A stretch of DNA of 61,504 bases, counting the filler, from Choristocarpus tenellus KU-1152 (lineage: Eukaryota > Protista > Phaeophyceae), in assembly GCA_964200185.2 (NCBI GenBank). It is 7 parts of 7 records of this genome, joined end to end, with 100 filler letters (N's around TTAATTAATTAA, not from the genome) between each part and the next. Parts side by side here need not be neighbours in the genome. Positions count along the whole stretch, not along the records: positions 1 to 17,766 come from CAXNAD020000629.1; positions 17,867 to 22,286 come from CAXNAD020014634.1; positions 22,387 to 27,163 come from CAXNAD020013099.1; 4 more parts are not named here. One strand, 5' to 3'. Shown here one piece after another: positions 11,720-23,975 of this stretch. How positions within the stretch are numbered: the first letter of the stretch is position 1; each line of letters begins with the position of its first letter. A program made the translations under genes and the position numbers. The notes under the pieces are model-generated. The model ran no database searches. It had not been told where the DNA came from and saw nothing but the letters and a program-made list of their open reading frames with translations.

Positions 11720-12880
11720 TTTTTATGCTTTTTGACATTTTCCAGATGTGTCAGGGAAAAATCAACAAAAACTATTCACATGTCAGAATAAACCCCCAAA
11801 AGTAACAGTTGTCATAAATGTGAAAAACATTAATCTTTTAACTTTTTTACTACCAGTTATACTACGCCGTTCCCTTCCTGTGCCTCTAACCTAGCTTAAT
11901 CCTGTACTCCAGGGTGAGGGGCTAGGGAGGCATCCCACGAATCTAACAAGCCCCTCCTTGCCCATCTCCCTGGTATCTCCAGCTTAAAGCGCATGACCCA
12001 TCTGGATAGGGCTACCTGTGTTGCGACAGAAACTATCTGTCATAGACGGGATTTGATAGCCCCCTTCCTGCTGTAACCCCCTGCCCCTCTCCCCCCTACC
12101 ACGAGCGTAGCTAGCTCATCCAGAAAACTTTCCGCTTGCTTGCCGAGGTGCCCAAAACTTACCACCGCAAAGGTGTTGAGGTTATAGCTACGAGGGTCAA
12201 AAGAGTCCTCGTAGTGGGTGCGCTTTCGCGCCTCAGCTGTAGTAGCAGCTACGCCATTGCTGATGGACAAGTGTGCAAGGTGGGAAGTTGCCTACACCTC
12301 TGCAAACATAACATCTACCAGGAGGCCTTTGTCCCAGTAGGGGGCTGATCCGGCGTCTGCAAGTGCCCCTGCATGGAAGACTAGGTCCATGCAGAAATTC
12401 CTGTCCACAGTGAAGGGGCTACCGTCTTCCATAGTGCAAAGGATGCCTATTCCCTTACATAGTTGACTGAGACGTTTCACCATAGGGGTGTGTTGTCGCA
12501 CCTGGCCTCCTCCCCTGGGGCAGGTATGGGCATATCTGGTGTCAACATTTTGCCTCCTGCACCCAGTCACTGGGCACCTGTTTGACAGGGCCGCCTCCCT
12601 CCCTAGGGATCTGCTGGCGGTGAGTTTAAATTCTGTGGGGGGATCTGGCGTGCCGGCTCCAGGGGTTGTGTTGAGGCCCATCCGTTTGCTCCTTGTCCAC
12701 ACTGGCTTTGGTGGCGTGCTAGGGTTAGTGAGGAGCTTTCCTTCCCTGTTCCACTTAATTTGGTAAGCTAAGTAGTTGTATCCGGAAGGAGTCAAAACGG
12801 ATCCTGTTCAGGAGGCGAGCGATCTCATGTTGAGCCCTCCTTGTGATACTGGCGTCATGGGCTGCCAGAGTATGGACCTC
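11720..12880 (-). mobile_element. 5'-truncated CRE-like RLE non-LTR retrotransposon, copy 2
   Basis: ORF pieces CPVTGC..DTRYAHTC, MDLVFHAG..KGLLVDVMFAEV and AEARKRTHYEDSFDPRSYNLNTFAVVSFGHLGKQAESFLDELA. Colinear with copy 1, including the 3' UTR. Confidence 0.8.
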
Positions 12881-13079
12881 CACATCAATATCGTAAAAGT
12901 TGACCTATAATAGCTATAAAATAGGAATAAGGGAGGTTTGTTACTAAAACCATACAGATATTTGATACGGTCTCACTAATGACGTAGTACGTATCTTTTC
13001 ACCGCCCCTTAACCTTTTCAACATCGTGTGTCACATGTTGTACTCGACTGACCCAGTGGGTGTCCCAGTCGTAGTCAAG

Positions 13080-16000
13080 ATGATGTTCGGAAGACGATAT
13101 TCCTCCCGACTGGTTGCCATTATCCTGGCGGTATTGCTATGTATGGATAATGCCTTAGGTTTGGCTAACATTGTAGGCAGAGGCATTCGCTTTAACGCTC
13201 ACTTGCAGGTGTGAATTGCATTGTCTTTGAATATGCTCACTTCTCATGCTGCTGTCTACGATGGTATTGTCTGGAAAGAGTAGGCAGTGTGAAAAAAATG
13301 GCTTGTATTTGTGTGGCTCGTCTGAGAGTATTAGATCTCAAGGCTACTCGACAACTTTTTGATTTTCTTGTCATGACTTTGGGTACCCAAGAAGATGTTG
13401 TCAGGATGTGGAAATATCTCTAGGCTCAACCTTGAGGTCGTGTTTCCCCCCTCGTGTTGATAGCTCAGCAAAAAATTTAGGTGGGGTATTAGGTATCCTC
13501 CCTCAGTAGTGGATCTCTTTCCTGATAACCGTCTAATAAGGCAGTGTTGTAGGGTGGCATTAAGCTACATTTCAATTGGGATCATGTTTCACTGTAGCTT
13601 GTGTTTCAATTGCCTAGATCCCAATGCGATTCTCTTTGATCTGATAATTCTCCCTGGTATTTTACTCTGCTCTCGTCTTGGCTTCACTCTCAAGGGTCGA
13701 TGGTCGGTGTCACTCGCAATGAACTCAGAAGCCCTGTCTTCGTCCGACGCCCCGCCTGCACCGACACCCCTCAGTGACCGATTCGAGCCGGCTCCTTCTA
13801 CGTTCGAACAGTGCATTCGGCAGGCTCAGGTAATTGTTCATAGAATAGGTTTATGGGGTTTGATGTCATTGATTCTTGGTGGCTACCCGAGACGAGGGTA
13901 CTTGCAGCCTTGAGCAGCAAAGCTTGGAAATACAACTTGTTCCTTGCTCCCTTTTTTTCCAGGGCAGCCAGTGATGGAAGCCTGCTGGTGAGTAGATTAC
14001 ACCAGAAAGATGCAGAGTGATGAACAACTCAATCTCACCTTTTTTGCGTCAATTCTGTGTGCAAACTTCATTCGTTTCAGTCGCAGCGATGTGTACCAGT
14101 CCAATCAGACCCGTGAGGCATTTGGACTACGACTGCGTAGGCATCTGTTGGCATACAAGCTATTGAGAAGGGGCCCATACATTGAGGCGATTGATACCGC
14201 AAGAACAAGCCTCCGTTCCCAGAAGGCGGGGGGTAAGAAGGCCTCGAGAAGACGCTTTTGACCCCCGGCTTAACCTGTACCCCAATTAGGTTGATCTTGT
14301 CACTGGGTCATATCCTGATATTGCCGTCCTTAACCCCTGCAGAGCGCTGCTGACTTAGCCATGAAGGACGGCTTCAAATTGATGGAGGTGGAGTTTCCTC
14401 CACTCTCCGCTGAGTTCCTAGAGGACACTAAGAGCTCTGCATACGATGTTTCCTCGGCTAATGTGAAGTTGGCAGCACGCTTTGCACAGACCTTTGCAGC
14501 AGATGGGAAGGTGATCAGGCTTATACACATGGCAACTCCCCTTGCTTCTTAGCTCACACCTTTGGATCCCAACATGTAGTTTAGAGGCATGTCAGTTCTC
14601 TGTATCGTGGAGGGTGTGGTTTGAGATGGTTGTTGGGCACTAGTGATTTTTTTTGGTGACACTGATTCCTTGTACCCCTGACAGGATCTGATATCCTTTT
14701 GGTTCAGCCTCGATTTTTTTTTTAAGTATTGTATCTTGTTGGCATGTGGTGAACTCTAGATGACCTTGCTGCTGGTCACCCGGGGTATTGATACGTGGAA
14801 GTTTATTGTTGGCATTTATTGTGGATAGGGAGATACAAGCAAGAAGGCATTATACGTGATTCAAAAAGAAAAAAGTGGACACGCTTGAGTGTTTAGGAAT
14901 ATGCTTGTGGATAAACATTGAGCCAAGCTTGTTTTTTTTACACTTTTTTAGTGTGGTCTCTAGCTGTTGGGGCTGTTTGCTTGAAAACCTATTTTGCAAG
15001 AATGGAAGGTTTGATATTTTTTGGCGTCGGTGATAGAAGGGTCAACATAGGAGTAGAATGATGAACTGAAAAAATGCACTGCTCTCGCTCACAAGGACAC
15101 CCTCACCCTCTGCTGCTACTGCCGCTACCGTTGGTCTTATTTTCCCACGTGATAACACTCTCTATACATGGACAGAATGTGGCGGTGCTGCTGCCTGATG
15201 AGGGGGAGTTGGCGATAGCTGTTAGGGACGAGGGTGGGGATGTCCTCTCCCCAGGCATCACGCTCCGCAGTGTGAGGGTTAGCGGGTATGTTTCTTCTTT
15301 GCAACGGTTGAATATTTATATTGTTTGCAAAAATTTCAATTATGGTCCGGGCGAGTTAAAGAATGGCACACATCTTGTTGTCTTGAAGCAAGTGCCTTAA
15401 AATAGAACGATGTCTTCATTGTTGGGTTAACTGTGGTACCAAACTGAAGGAACCAATGCAGAGGAGCCCTCTTAACATCCTTTGAATGCTTCTTGACCTG
15501 TGCATTAGAGTTTTTGCATGCCATCATGGAGCTTATCACCTCATGCTGGTTTTTTTTTTGAGAAATTAGCACAAAATATGCCAAAGGTCTATTGCTGTTC
15601 TCTTGAAATGGACTTGCGCAGTCTTCCGCTTCAATTTTAATCCATGTTATTTGTAAAACTGCAAATGTCATTCAACCTCAGTCAGTCACCTCAGTCAGTC
15701 ACCTCAGTCAGCACCTATTGCTGCCAAATCACAACCATCAACAGTTCCAAGAAAAAGTGTTGTGGCGTTTAAATTTCCGGTCATGTCAAAACTGCTAACA
15801 ACCAAGCTGCTAATCAAGTACTCTATGCTACCAAGTTGATTTACACTACGAGGTTTGGGTCTCACAAAACACATCCAGTGTTTGCCATGCCCATTTCTAT
15901 TGGCTTACAATAAAGGGATCACGAAGTAGGCTGGGCGATTACCCTAACCCTAATAGTCCAATGTCGCTGATCCTTTTCCTTCCCTTGGAAGTGAACCAGT

Positions 16001-17362
16001 GTCCCTAAAAAAAATGCTGCCCCCATGGCCCTCAATCCAACCATAAGGGGTCGCTTTCCACTGTTATGCTGTGTAACAGTAGTTGGGGAAGTATCTCGAG
16101 GGCTTGAGATGCATCTGAGAGACTTCCACTACTCTAGTGTGGACCCTCTCCGGACCTGAGTACCGTGTTCAGTACTGGGTACAGTACTGTGTACCAAGTA
16201 GGTGGTGTGTTCACCTGCTCCGTGCTGGAGGGTATCACAGGCTAGATGTGTAGGGGCTTGGTAGTGTCCTGGGCGACCACCCTGGAACTTGGTCTCTTTA
16301 CTGATGATTGCTTGTTCTGTCCTGTTACTGTGTACCACGTTGCCTAATTTACTACTATCCTCTTTGCTATATGGTTGGTAGCACTGTATAGCATTCTATT
16401 TTGTACATAGGTAGTGAGTGTATCACTGCATGTATCCAGGAATTGGGAGATGAAACAGGGACCATGTCGAGAAGATTTCAAATCTGATCTCAAATACATG
16501 TAGTGTGAGGATGTGAGATAAACCAGGACAAACCTGTTCAGAATCCTCTGGAGTAGAAGTCAGACTGGTTGAAAATAGAAGAAATTCCGCTACACAGATC
16601 GGATGATATTGCACCACCCAGAGCCCACTCAGATAGCTCTGCAGAGTGCCAAGTGGGTGGTTTCAGAGTGTTGAAGAGTGAGATGGAGCGGCCTAGAGCT
16701 GTTGTTAAAGTGCAAAACCTGTGGACCTCTCTTTTTCAAGAGTGAGTGTGTTCCCAGGGAATTCAAAACTGTTTGCATCTTAGATGTAGTTCTCTCTTTC
16801 CTAAAGTGGCCTCTAGTAGGAGTTTGGTCTTCTAGTTTCCCGATTTAAATTCAAACAAATTGTTCTTTCAATGGCTCCGAAATGTATTTTTTTTCTCCTT
16901 TTTTATTTTATTGATTTTTTATGTATTTGATTTTTCGAAAATGGTTACCTCTGCGTCTCAACGGGCTCACAGTTCAAATCCCGACTAAATCTCTTTCCTG
17001 AGTAGTTCTCGAGCAGAAGGAAACCAAGCTATGGCTGATTTCTGAGTTTGAAATAACTTTGGGAAGGGAAAGAGGCACCAGATAAAAAAAATACCACTTT
17101 CGTCTGACTGACCTTGAGTTTTACAAGAATAAATTGATTGATGCGGTTGACCTTGCCTGTCTTTAGAAACAACTCAATGTATATAGAGGGTGGTTTTGTG
17201 TTGTGCCAATCTAACTATTGCAATATGCCCCTACTCCCCCCCCCCCATTTCTGCTCCCACCCATGGCCGCTACCATTGTTTGTCGTGTCAAGGACAAGAA
17301 CAGCTGGAACATTTGACGAGCTGGTCATGGGAATATTTGGGCGAAACAAGGGGGCTGTACAG
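13080..17362 (+). CDS. DUF1995-domain protein, probably plastid-targeted; 3' part lost at the contig end
   Basis: Exon 1 from ATG 13080 encodes a signal-peptide-like MMFGRRYSSRLVAIILAVLLCMDNALG (donor uncertain). Phase-consistent exons follow at 13695-13829, 14343-14510, 15176-15285 and 17293-17362, giving PSTFEQCIRQAQ|SAADLAMKDGFKLMEVEFPP...NVAVLLPDEGE. This matches the DUF1995 pattern (P...QA..A...A+.DG....EVEFP; +++FPD.GE). Confidence 0.8.
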
Positions 17363-17766
17363 GTTTGAGATTGAACCCCAAGGTCCTACGTACTGCTGTG
17401 TGAACTTGTAGAGGTTGACGCCATGTTCATGTTCTGTTTTTGAGAAAGGTTTTTTGAGAAGTAGTGGAGGTGGTGTCAGGGGCAATTGATTGGTATGGTG
17501 TGGCTATGGCGATACATTCGTGGCCTGGTGGATGGTAATAGTTATCCTGGATAGGAGGCGTGTTGCAACATCCAGACCGTGTGAACCTGGCATACATTTT
17601 TTGTTCTAACTTCTCTGTGGACATTCAAAAGGCAGCCAACCTCTTCCCCCATCCCATTCCTTCCTGCCCTTATGCAAATCCCTGGTCACCAACATCAATG
17701 CTGATGGAGCATTACATCCAAAGTGCCAAAGTGGGTCGAGGCATACTTTACTTTCTCCCATCCCTC

Positions 17767-17866
17767 NNNNNNNNNNNNNNNNNNNNNNNNNNNNNNNNNN
17801 NNNNNNNNNNTTAATTAATTAANNNNNNNNNNNNNNNNNNNNNNNNNNNNNNNNNNNNNNNNNNNN
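17767..17866. other. Artificial contig spacer N44-TTAATTAATTAA-N44 (also 22287-22386, 27164-27263, 31717-31816, 47566-47665, 55674-55773)
   Basis: The identical 100-nt structure occurs six times. TTAATTAATTAA puts stop codons in all six frames. Confidence 0.97.
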
Positions 17867-17939
17867 TTTTTGATTCTGCATCTTCAAGCTTACAGACAAC
17901 AGTAGTATGCAGCCTCCCTTCTCAAACAGGTGGGGGCCC

Positions 17940-18199
17940 GGTATAGCATGCATTCTGGAGTAGGTGAGGAAGATCGGTGCACTCATGTAGTGAACAACAA
18001 CTGAATCACGATTGGCAGCAGCGTATGTGCTGATGCATGCCACCACTGTTACTCCACTGGCAGTGGTGTGTACCATACCCTCTCCAGCCCTGGCAATAGT
18101 CAAGCCTCCTTTCTGGTCCTTGAGCCCCGGTTTTGTTGTGTCTATGAAGAAGATTGACTTGTATTTTCTTTGTTCTTTCAGTCTCTCACTGGCTTTCAC
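17940..18199 (-). mobile_element. Decayed pogo/Fot1-like (DDE_1) transposase fragment
   Basis: SIFFIDTT...IARAGEGMVHTTASGVTVVACIS...APIFL resembles the pogo motif IxNxDET...VIA.KG...V......TVVACxxAxG...PxxIF. Confidence 0.45.
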
Positions 18200-18639
18200 C
18201 CTACAGTTGATTTTTGCAATTGACTTGTTTTACTTACAAGTGCTCTGGTGCACTTAAATTGTAGTAGACAATTTATTACTTCAACAATTCAAAACGTTTT
18301 TGCTTTTACTCCTTTTGTAACTGGAGACAGGGATGTGTGACTGAAGTGTGCCATTACCACTAAAAAACACTAGTTGAGTGTACCACAGAGAGCTCCTGGA
18401 AATTTAAGTTGGCTAGAGTATATAGTGAATCATATCACAGTACATACTATGTACTCTAGAGTAAAAATGCTGTTCCCTAGTTAGAGGACTCCCAAGGAAA
18501 TTTTGGACTGTGGGCAGCCTGGATGGGGGGGGGAGTTCCAAAATCCCAATATGTGGGGAACCTTCGACATATTAGTGTGAGGAGAGTACTGTGTTGATGA
18601 TGAGCCTGCTGTCGGGTGAAATAGAATACTGGCACTCAA

Positions 18640-20060
18640 AGCACTTAGCAAATTTCATTGATATCCTCTGTTCGTTTCTCAAGCATTTTCATGGACAATA
18701 GACCTCTTGTTGAAGATTCATTAAGCATTGGAAGTGACCATCAAGTGAAGTCCATTCTTTTGTAGGTACTTGGATACATCACTGATCATACTTGGGCAAA
18801 TATGGAACTGTTCCCTGTTGCTCTCATTCCTCATACTGTGAATTTAAATGAGGAAGTAAAAGGCAACCATATCCTTGGATCTTGTCTTCCATGGCATAGT
18901 GTGGAAATCCACCCAACAATCCTCCCCAGGAGTCTGTGCACAACTTCCTGTCTCAGGGGCATCAAGGTGAGTTACACAAGTGGCCACCCTGTTTGTGAAA
19001 CTCGTCACACAACAAGCACTATCCTTTTCTACTAGAAAGTGGTGCCATAGTGTTACTCTCTCTTATTTCCCCACCCATTTCCCCATAGACATTGGAATGG
19101 TCTCCATATCCTATCATCCTGTTCCTTGACCAACTTGGCTCACGTGGAATATACACTCAGTACATCAAAGACATTGCGTAGTATGCAATCAATATAAATA
19201 TTGATACAAGAAATGTTTTTACAGTAACAAGCGGTGAATCACAATGCATGCCATGACAGTAGTACTGTACAGCCTTAGTGTTAGTGTAAACAGATTGAAG
19301 CCAAGAACTTTGCAAAGTAAGGTGAGAAGCAAGAGGAATTATCGCAGAGCAGAGTACATCCTACCTCAACAACTCAAGTCCAGTTGAGAGCAAGCCTTGA
19401 CCTAGGTGATTTACAGGGGATATCTGCAGTGTGCTACTTGTTCTGTGATGTTTTGTCTGTATCATACGGTGGAATCAGAAAGCATGTTCAAGCTCTAGAA
19501 GCAGATGTGATTGGACAATGTGGTAACAGACACATGCCCAACAAATCACACAATTCAGAAAACATACATTTAGGCACAGTAGAAGATGCAGTAGAGAAGA
19601 CCTCATGGTGCCAAGAAGCAGTTCATAAGCAGCCCTCTATAGAACCTAATCTGAGAGATTGACACAAGTAGTCCTTGGCAACTTCTTGGCATGTGTTCAG
19701 TTGAACATCTAGGTACTAAAACTGACCTCTCCATCAGCTCTCTATGATGGCACTTCAAAACTCCACCATAACGCTGACCTATTTTTGTCTAGAAATAGAT
19801 GAACATGATACAATTGTGTCAGGGGTGAGAGTGGGGCTATTGCAACACCAGAGAATATAATTAGTAGATGCTGCACATAAACACAGTTGCTTCCTATTGT
19901 GGTGGAGCTCTATCCATCTGTTAAGTGTTTGGTGCACCATTTTGTCCTCTCCCTCAGGCATTTGTAAAGTCTCCCAGTGCCTCCCTCCATCCATTGTACA
20001 GGCGCATCCCTGAAGTAGGGTCAGAGCACCTCCACTCTCCATCACTGATTGGAATTGGGA
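18640..20060 (-). mobile_element. Decayed Ty1/copia pol remnant (integrase then RT)
   Basis: Frameshifted minus-strand peptides occur in copia order: MVHQTL / TIGSNCVYVQ (integrase N-part), RMIGYGDHSNVY..GEIRES (integrase C-terminal), and MLNE-LQQEVY (RT AFLNGxLxEEVY). Confidence 0.5.
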
Positions 20061-20366
20061 GTGCAGCAGTATCATTAGTGTACATCTTTAGAATGGCTGG
20101 AGGGGATGGTGTAGTCAAGCGGGGAACACGTAATTCGAATTGAGAGGTGAAGGCTTTCGTCTGTATCTCATGTTCTATCGCAATGAAAGGGAAACTCCTA
20201 GGACATCATGCCCACATACACATAGTAACTCAGTGTTCAAAAGACCTATACCTACCCTCAAGGTGCACACCTCAACATCAGCATCTGACATATTGATCAC
20301 ACTACGAGTGGCACGTCAGCATATCCCTATGTATAGTAGCAAGTACTGTCTACATGATGCAGGTCA

Positions 20367-20624
20367 GAGCCAAACTATCTTAGAGGTTAGAGCCGCATCC
20401 ATTTGGGGGGCAAAATCCAATGTTGCAATTTTGATGTAATTTTGGCTGTCATGTTTGTTAGGAGCTGTCAATATCCTTGTTTTGGGCACACCTTTTCATA
20501 ACGTCTACATTTTAGCTACTCGAAACATTCTCGAGAAGGTAAAATGTCCTTAAAAACCCGTGGGGAGCCAAGCCCCAATTGGACAAACAGGGAAAAACTC
20601 GTACCCTCTAAGATACTTTCACTC
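20367..20624. mobile_element. MITE family A (258 bp)
   Basis: TIRs GAGCCAAACTATCTTAGAGG...CCTCTAAGATACTTTCACTC; TSD tca/tca. Confidence 0.9.
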
Positions 20625-21591
20625 TCATGCAAATGTATACCATTGATGTTCAGAAGAAATCGTAGCAAATCCTAATGAATATGCTATCCTGTTCTGGTAC
20701 AAGGTACAGAAATAGTGAATGGTTACTACTAATGAGATTGACAGGGTGCAAGAGGTTGCAAGATCAAGGCATGCATGCAATCAGCTAAGTGTGATATCTA
20801 GGCTACTCCATTGGTTCAAATGTTCAATTTTCACTACGCACTCTACTGTGTACAATCTAAATGGTCGGAAGAGACGAGGGTTGTACCCCGCAATTTGCAC
20901 TGCAGTACATGGGAACAGCTGGACAGGTAAGCTGTCGTTTGGCCTAAGGGCTTCTGAGGTCAGAAAAGTGTCATGTATAGCACCACAGGCAGAAATGTTT
21001 TGGCGAAACAGTGCGTGTGCAGAGCGAATCCAAGTATATGTGAGTATGCCAATCAATGTATTTGAGAAGCTTGCTATTTAAGCAAGATGTACGCTATGCT
21101 GCTGAACATGCCCTGCATGGTAGATAAAAATACCTGACAAAAGGACTAGGTCCTGTAAAAATATGCTTTATAGTATATAACAAAACGGCAGTTCAAACTC
21201 TTTTCTCTGACTCAATTTTCTTTTCCCCTCAACCATTAGACTCTCTCTGCTAGAGCAGTCCAAAACCGCTTACAAGGAGGAAATCACCCCCAAGCACCCA
21301 CTACCAAATTCACACTACACTAACAAGAAGGACAAACACTGAAAAATAGATGCGCTGTGATGACCAAGGCTGCTGGCAACCAAAAGACTTGAGAGCTCTG
21401 CAATATCATTAACCAGACAAAGCAAAGTGACTTATCTAGGCCACTACACTTGGAAGCATTCAAGAGTTCGGTACATTTCTTCTACTCTTTCATTCGTATA
21501 CAACATGTCTGCCTTCTGTGGGAGTATGATATTCAATTCCTGTTGGTGGAACAGAACACAGCTCTGACCTCCCCCCCCTCGGTATACTTAC

Positions 21592-21691
21592 GCCAGTTCC
21601 CTCCGTTCATCTAACCTGCCCTGCATGATGTCTGGCACCTCAGTCACAAGGGGCTCAGTGCGGAAAAGGACGAGAAGATGGGTTGTCCGCC
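21592..21691 (-). other. Possible isolated exon of an unidentified gene
   Basis: ctgctcag acceptor and gtaagt donor enclose an open frame RTTHLLVLFRTEPLVTEVPDIMQGRLDERREL. No partner exons were identified. Confidence 0.3.
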
Positions 21692-22511
21692 CTGAGCAGA
21701 ACCATGAGTCGCAGGGTTTGTAACAAGCCGTCTCAGGCGCCTAACCGTGCGATGAACATCCAGTAATGAGGAAGAGAGCGAAAAATGTTTATATATGTAC
21801 ACATAGAGGGATAATGCTTTAGGAGGGAAGTACGGTGAGGAGGATGTAGGACATCATTTTCTCCCAACATTGCTTGTTAATAAGATAACCAACATGTTTG
21901 TGTGGATATCAAGATGGCAATGCTAACTACTCTGAAGTACTATCTAGTAGCACTTGTCTGGTATAAGATGCTCTTTAGTGTTGATATCTTACTCAGTAGA
22001 ATTGAAGCTTGTGTGCAGAGTGGGTTACAGGGTGGATGTGAGGAAACGCAGTGGACCATATAGAAATTTAAGTGAATTGTGTAACGTGCATGTGTGCAAG
22101 AAGAAAACGGACAAATTGACATGTTTCAATTATGGTCTGAATTATTCTTCAATTAAATAAACTGACTTGATTCAATTATCATGATTCGCAACACTAAGCT
22201 TCAAGTAGTGTCCCCCTTAGAGGAGTGCATTGAATGAAGAACCAAAAAAAATAGAGCACCAGAGTACATGGACAGGGGGCAGGAGGNNNNNNNNNNNNNN
22301 NNNNNNNNNNNNNNNNNNNNNNNNNNNNNNTTAATTAATTAANNNNNNNNNNNNNNNNNNNNNNNNNNNNNNNNNNNNNNNNNNNNGACACACCAGACGA
22401 CATAAAACAGCGCCTCCCATCCCTCGGTCCTCATTTCAATTCATTCCCTTCCGTAGATACCACGCAGACCTCTTACTTATCCATCCCCATCACACCCTCC
22501 CAATCTTTGCC

Positions 22512-22950
22512 ATGTCCAACATTCCCTTTACAACAACCCACCCGCCCCCCGATGGAAATGCCCACGGATCCAGAACGCGGAACTTAACTCTGAAGGGCAT
22601 TTCCCAGCTCCTAGAGCAGCACTATCTTGGCTCAAATAAGATAAAACTCACAAACGTCACATGCACAGATATGGTACGTCCTTTAAGCGAGCGTGGCCTT
22701 GCACGCATGAGGAAGTCTATAAAGGAGAAAGGCTGGCTGGAGCAGTTTGCTCCAAGTGTTGTCATCCAGCGAGAATGTTTAGGTACTGTGGATCAGCTCA
22801 ACGCCAAAACTGCGCTTGCCATTGAAGGGCTTGTATTGGACGGAAACCATGGAGTAACGGTGCTGAAGAGAGTGTTTGATCCCGAGCGCGCTTTCACCAT
22901 GCGGATCTACATGGAGTTCAACCAAGCAGAAGAGAGGCTAATTGCCAGCG
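22512..22950 (+). pseudogene. ParB/Sulfiredoxin-like N-terminal domain gene, copy 1 (exon 1)
   Basis: MVRPLSERGLARMRKSIKEKGWLEQFAPSVV...VLDGNHG..VLK matches the ParB-N pattern (R......L..SI...G...P+.V....+DGxHR). GT donor at 22951. Homologous to 30150-30960. Confidence 0.65.
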
Positions 22951-23326
22951 GTGGGTGATGGAGTGTTTTCGTTGTTCCATAATCGCCTGACCGTTCTGAT
23001 CAACTAAGCACCGAAGTAAGTTGAGTGTTTTCGTTGTTCCATGATCGCCTGATGACTATTCTGATATACGAAGTTGTTGCTGAGTTTCCCTTGCTATGTT
23101 CATTGTCAGTCAGCCCATTGTGGATCTTTTGGTTGCTCATCTTTTTTATCCCTCGTGGTATTCCTGTCCACAGCAACATGTTTCTCGGTGCCGCAGGCCG
23201 CGTGTGTCCCGCGATCGTTCCCCACCTAACCCTTGTCCCGTCGTAATGTCCTCCTTCCCCGCACGAACAAAAAACAAACGTGTTGCAGTATACCACAACA
23301 TTTTTAACCAACGCTGGAATAACTCA

Positions 23327-23587
23327 GAGCCAAAGTATCTTAGAGGGTAGAGCCGCGTCCATTTGGGGGTCAAAATACAATGTTGTGATTTTGATGAAAT
23401 TTTGGCTATCGTGTTTGTTAGGAAGTGTCAATAGCTATGTTTCGGACACACCTTTTCATAATGTATACATTTTACCTACTCCGAAACTTTTTGGAGTCGA
23501 AAAATGTCATGAAAAAACCCATGGGAAGCCAAGCCCCACAAATGGACAAACAGGGAAAAATTCGTACCCTCTAAGATACTTTCACTC
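23327..23587. mobile_element. MITE family A
   Basis: TIRs GAGCCAAAGTATCTTAGAGGGT...ACCCTCTAAGATACTTTCACTC; flanks tca/ccc (TSD not preserved). Confidence 0.9.
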
Positions 23588-23795
23588 CCCAAGAAAAAGT
23601 AATTTGTACTGAATTACAACTAGCTACTCTAGAGTGCTTATCATACTTGCTTGTAGGGTCCCACCTCGAGCTAACCCCAATAACATATCATTTGGCAACG
23701 TTGAATATTGAGAGACTCTGACTGCATTGATGTAATTATGCAGTTAGGTTAAGACATACGGAGTAAATACTCTGGAGTCATGGTCAATATTTTCT

Positions 23796-23975
23796 GGCTC
23801 AAAGTACCTGGTAGGGTGTGGCGGCTGTCCTTTTGGAGTCAATGTTTTCATGTCACAATTTTTGGATGGTTTTGTTGCAATATGTCGGATGGATCATGTA
23901 AGTATACTTTTCCTGGTTATGACCCAAATGAGCACCCTGGTGTAGACCCCCCTCCACCCCCAGATATTTTGAGCC
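23796..23975. mobile_element. MITE family B (180 bp)
   Basis: GGCTCAAAGTACCTGG...CCAGATATTTTGAGCC; TSD tct/tct. Confidence 0.85.

Noticed and set aside
15676-15712. Short (CCTCAGTCAGTCA)-type tandem repeat
   Set aside because: An ordinary intronic slippage repeat.
16940-16990. GTTCAAATCCC B-box-like motif as a tRNA or SINE
   Set aside because: No A-box or cloverleaf could be built.
17811-17822. Recurrent palindrome TTAATTAATTAA
   Set aside because: Always centred in exactly 44+44 Ns; an artificial spacer, not biology.
23280-23612. Recurrent short ORFs ending GQTGxNSYPLRYF (also 54066, 60183, 51726)
   Set aside because: Chance translations of the non-coding family-A MITE.
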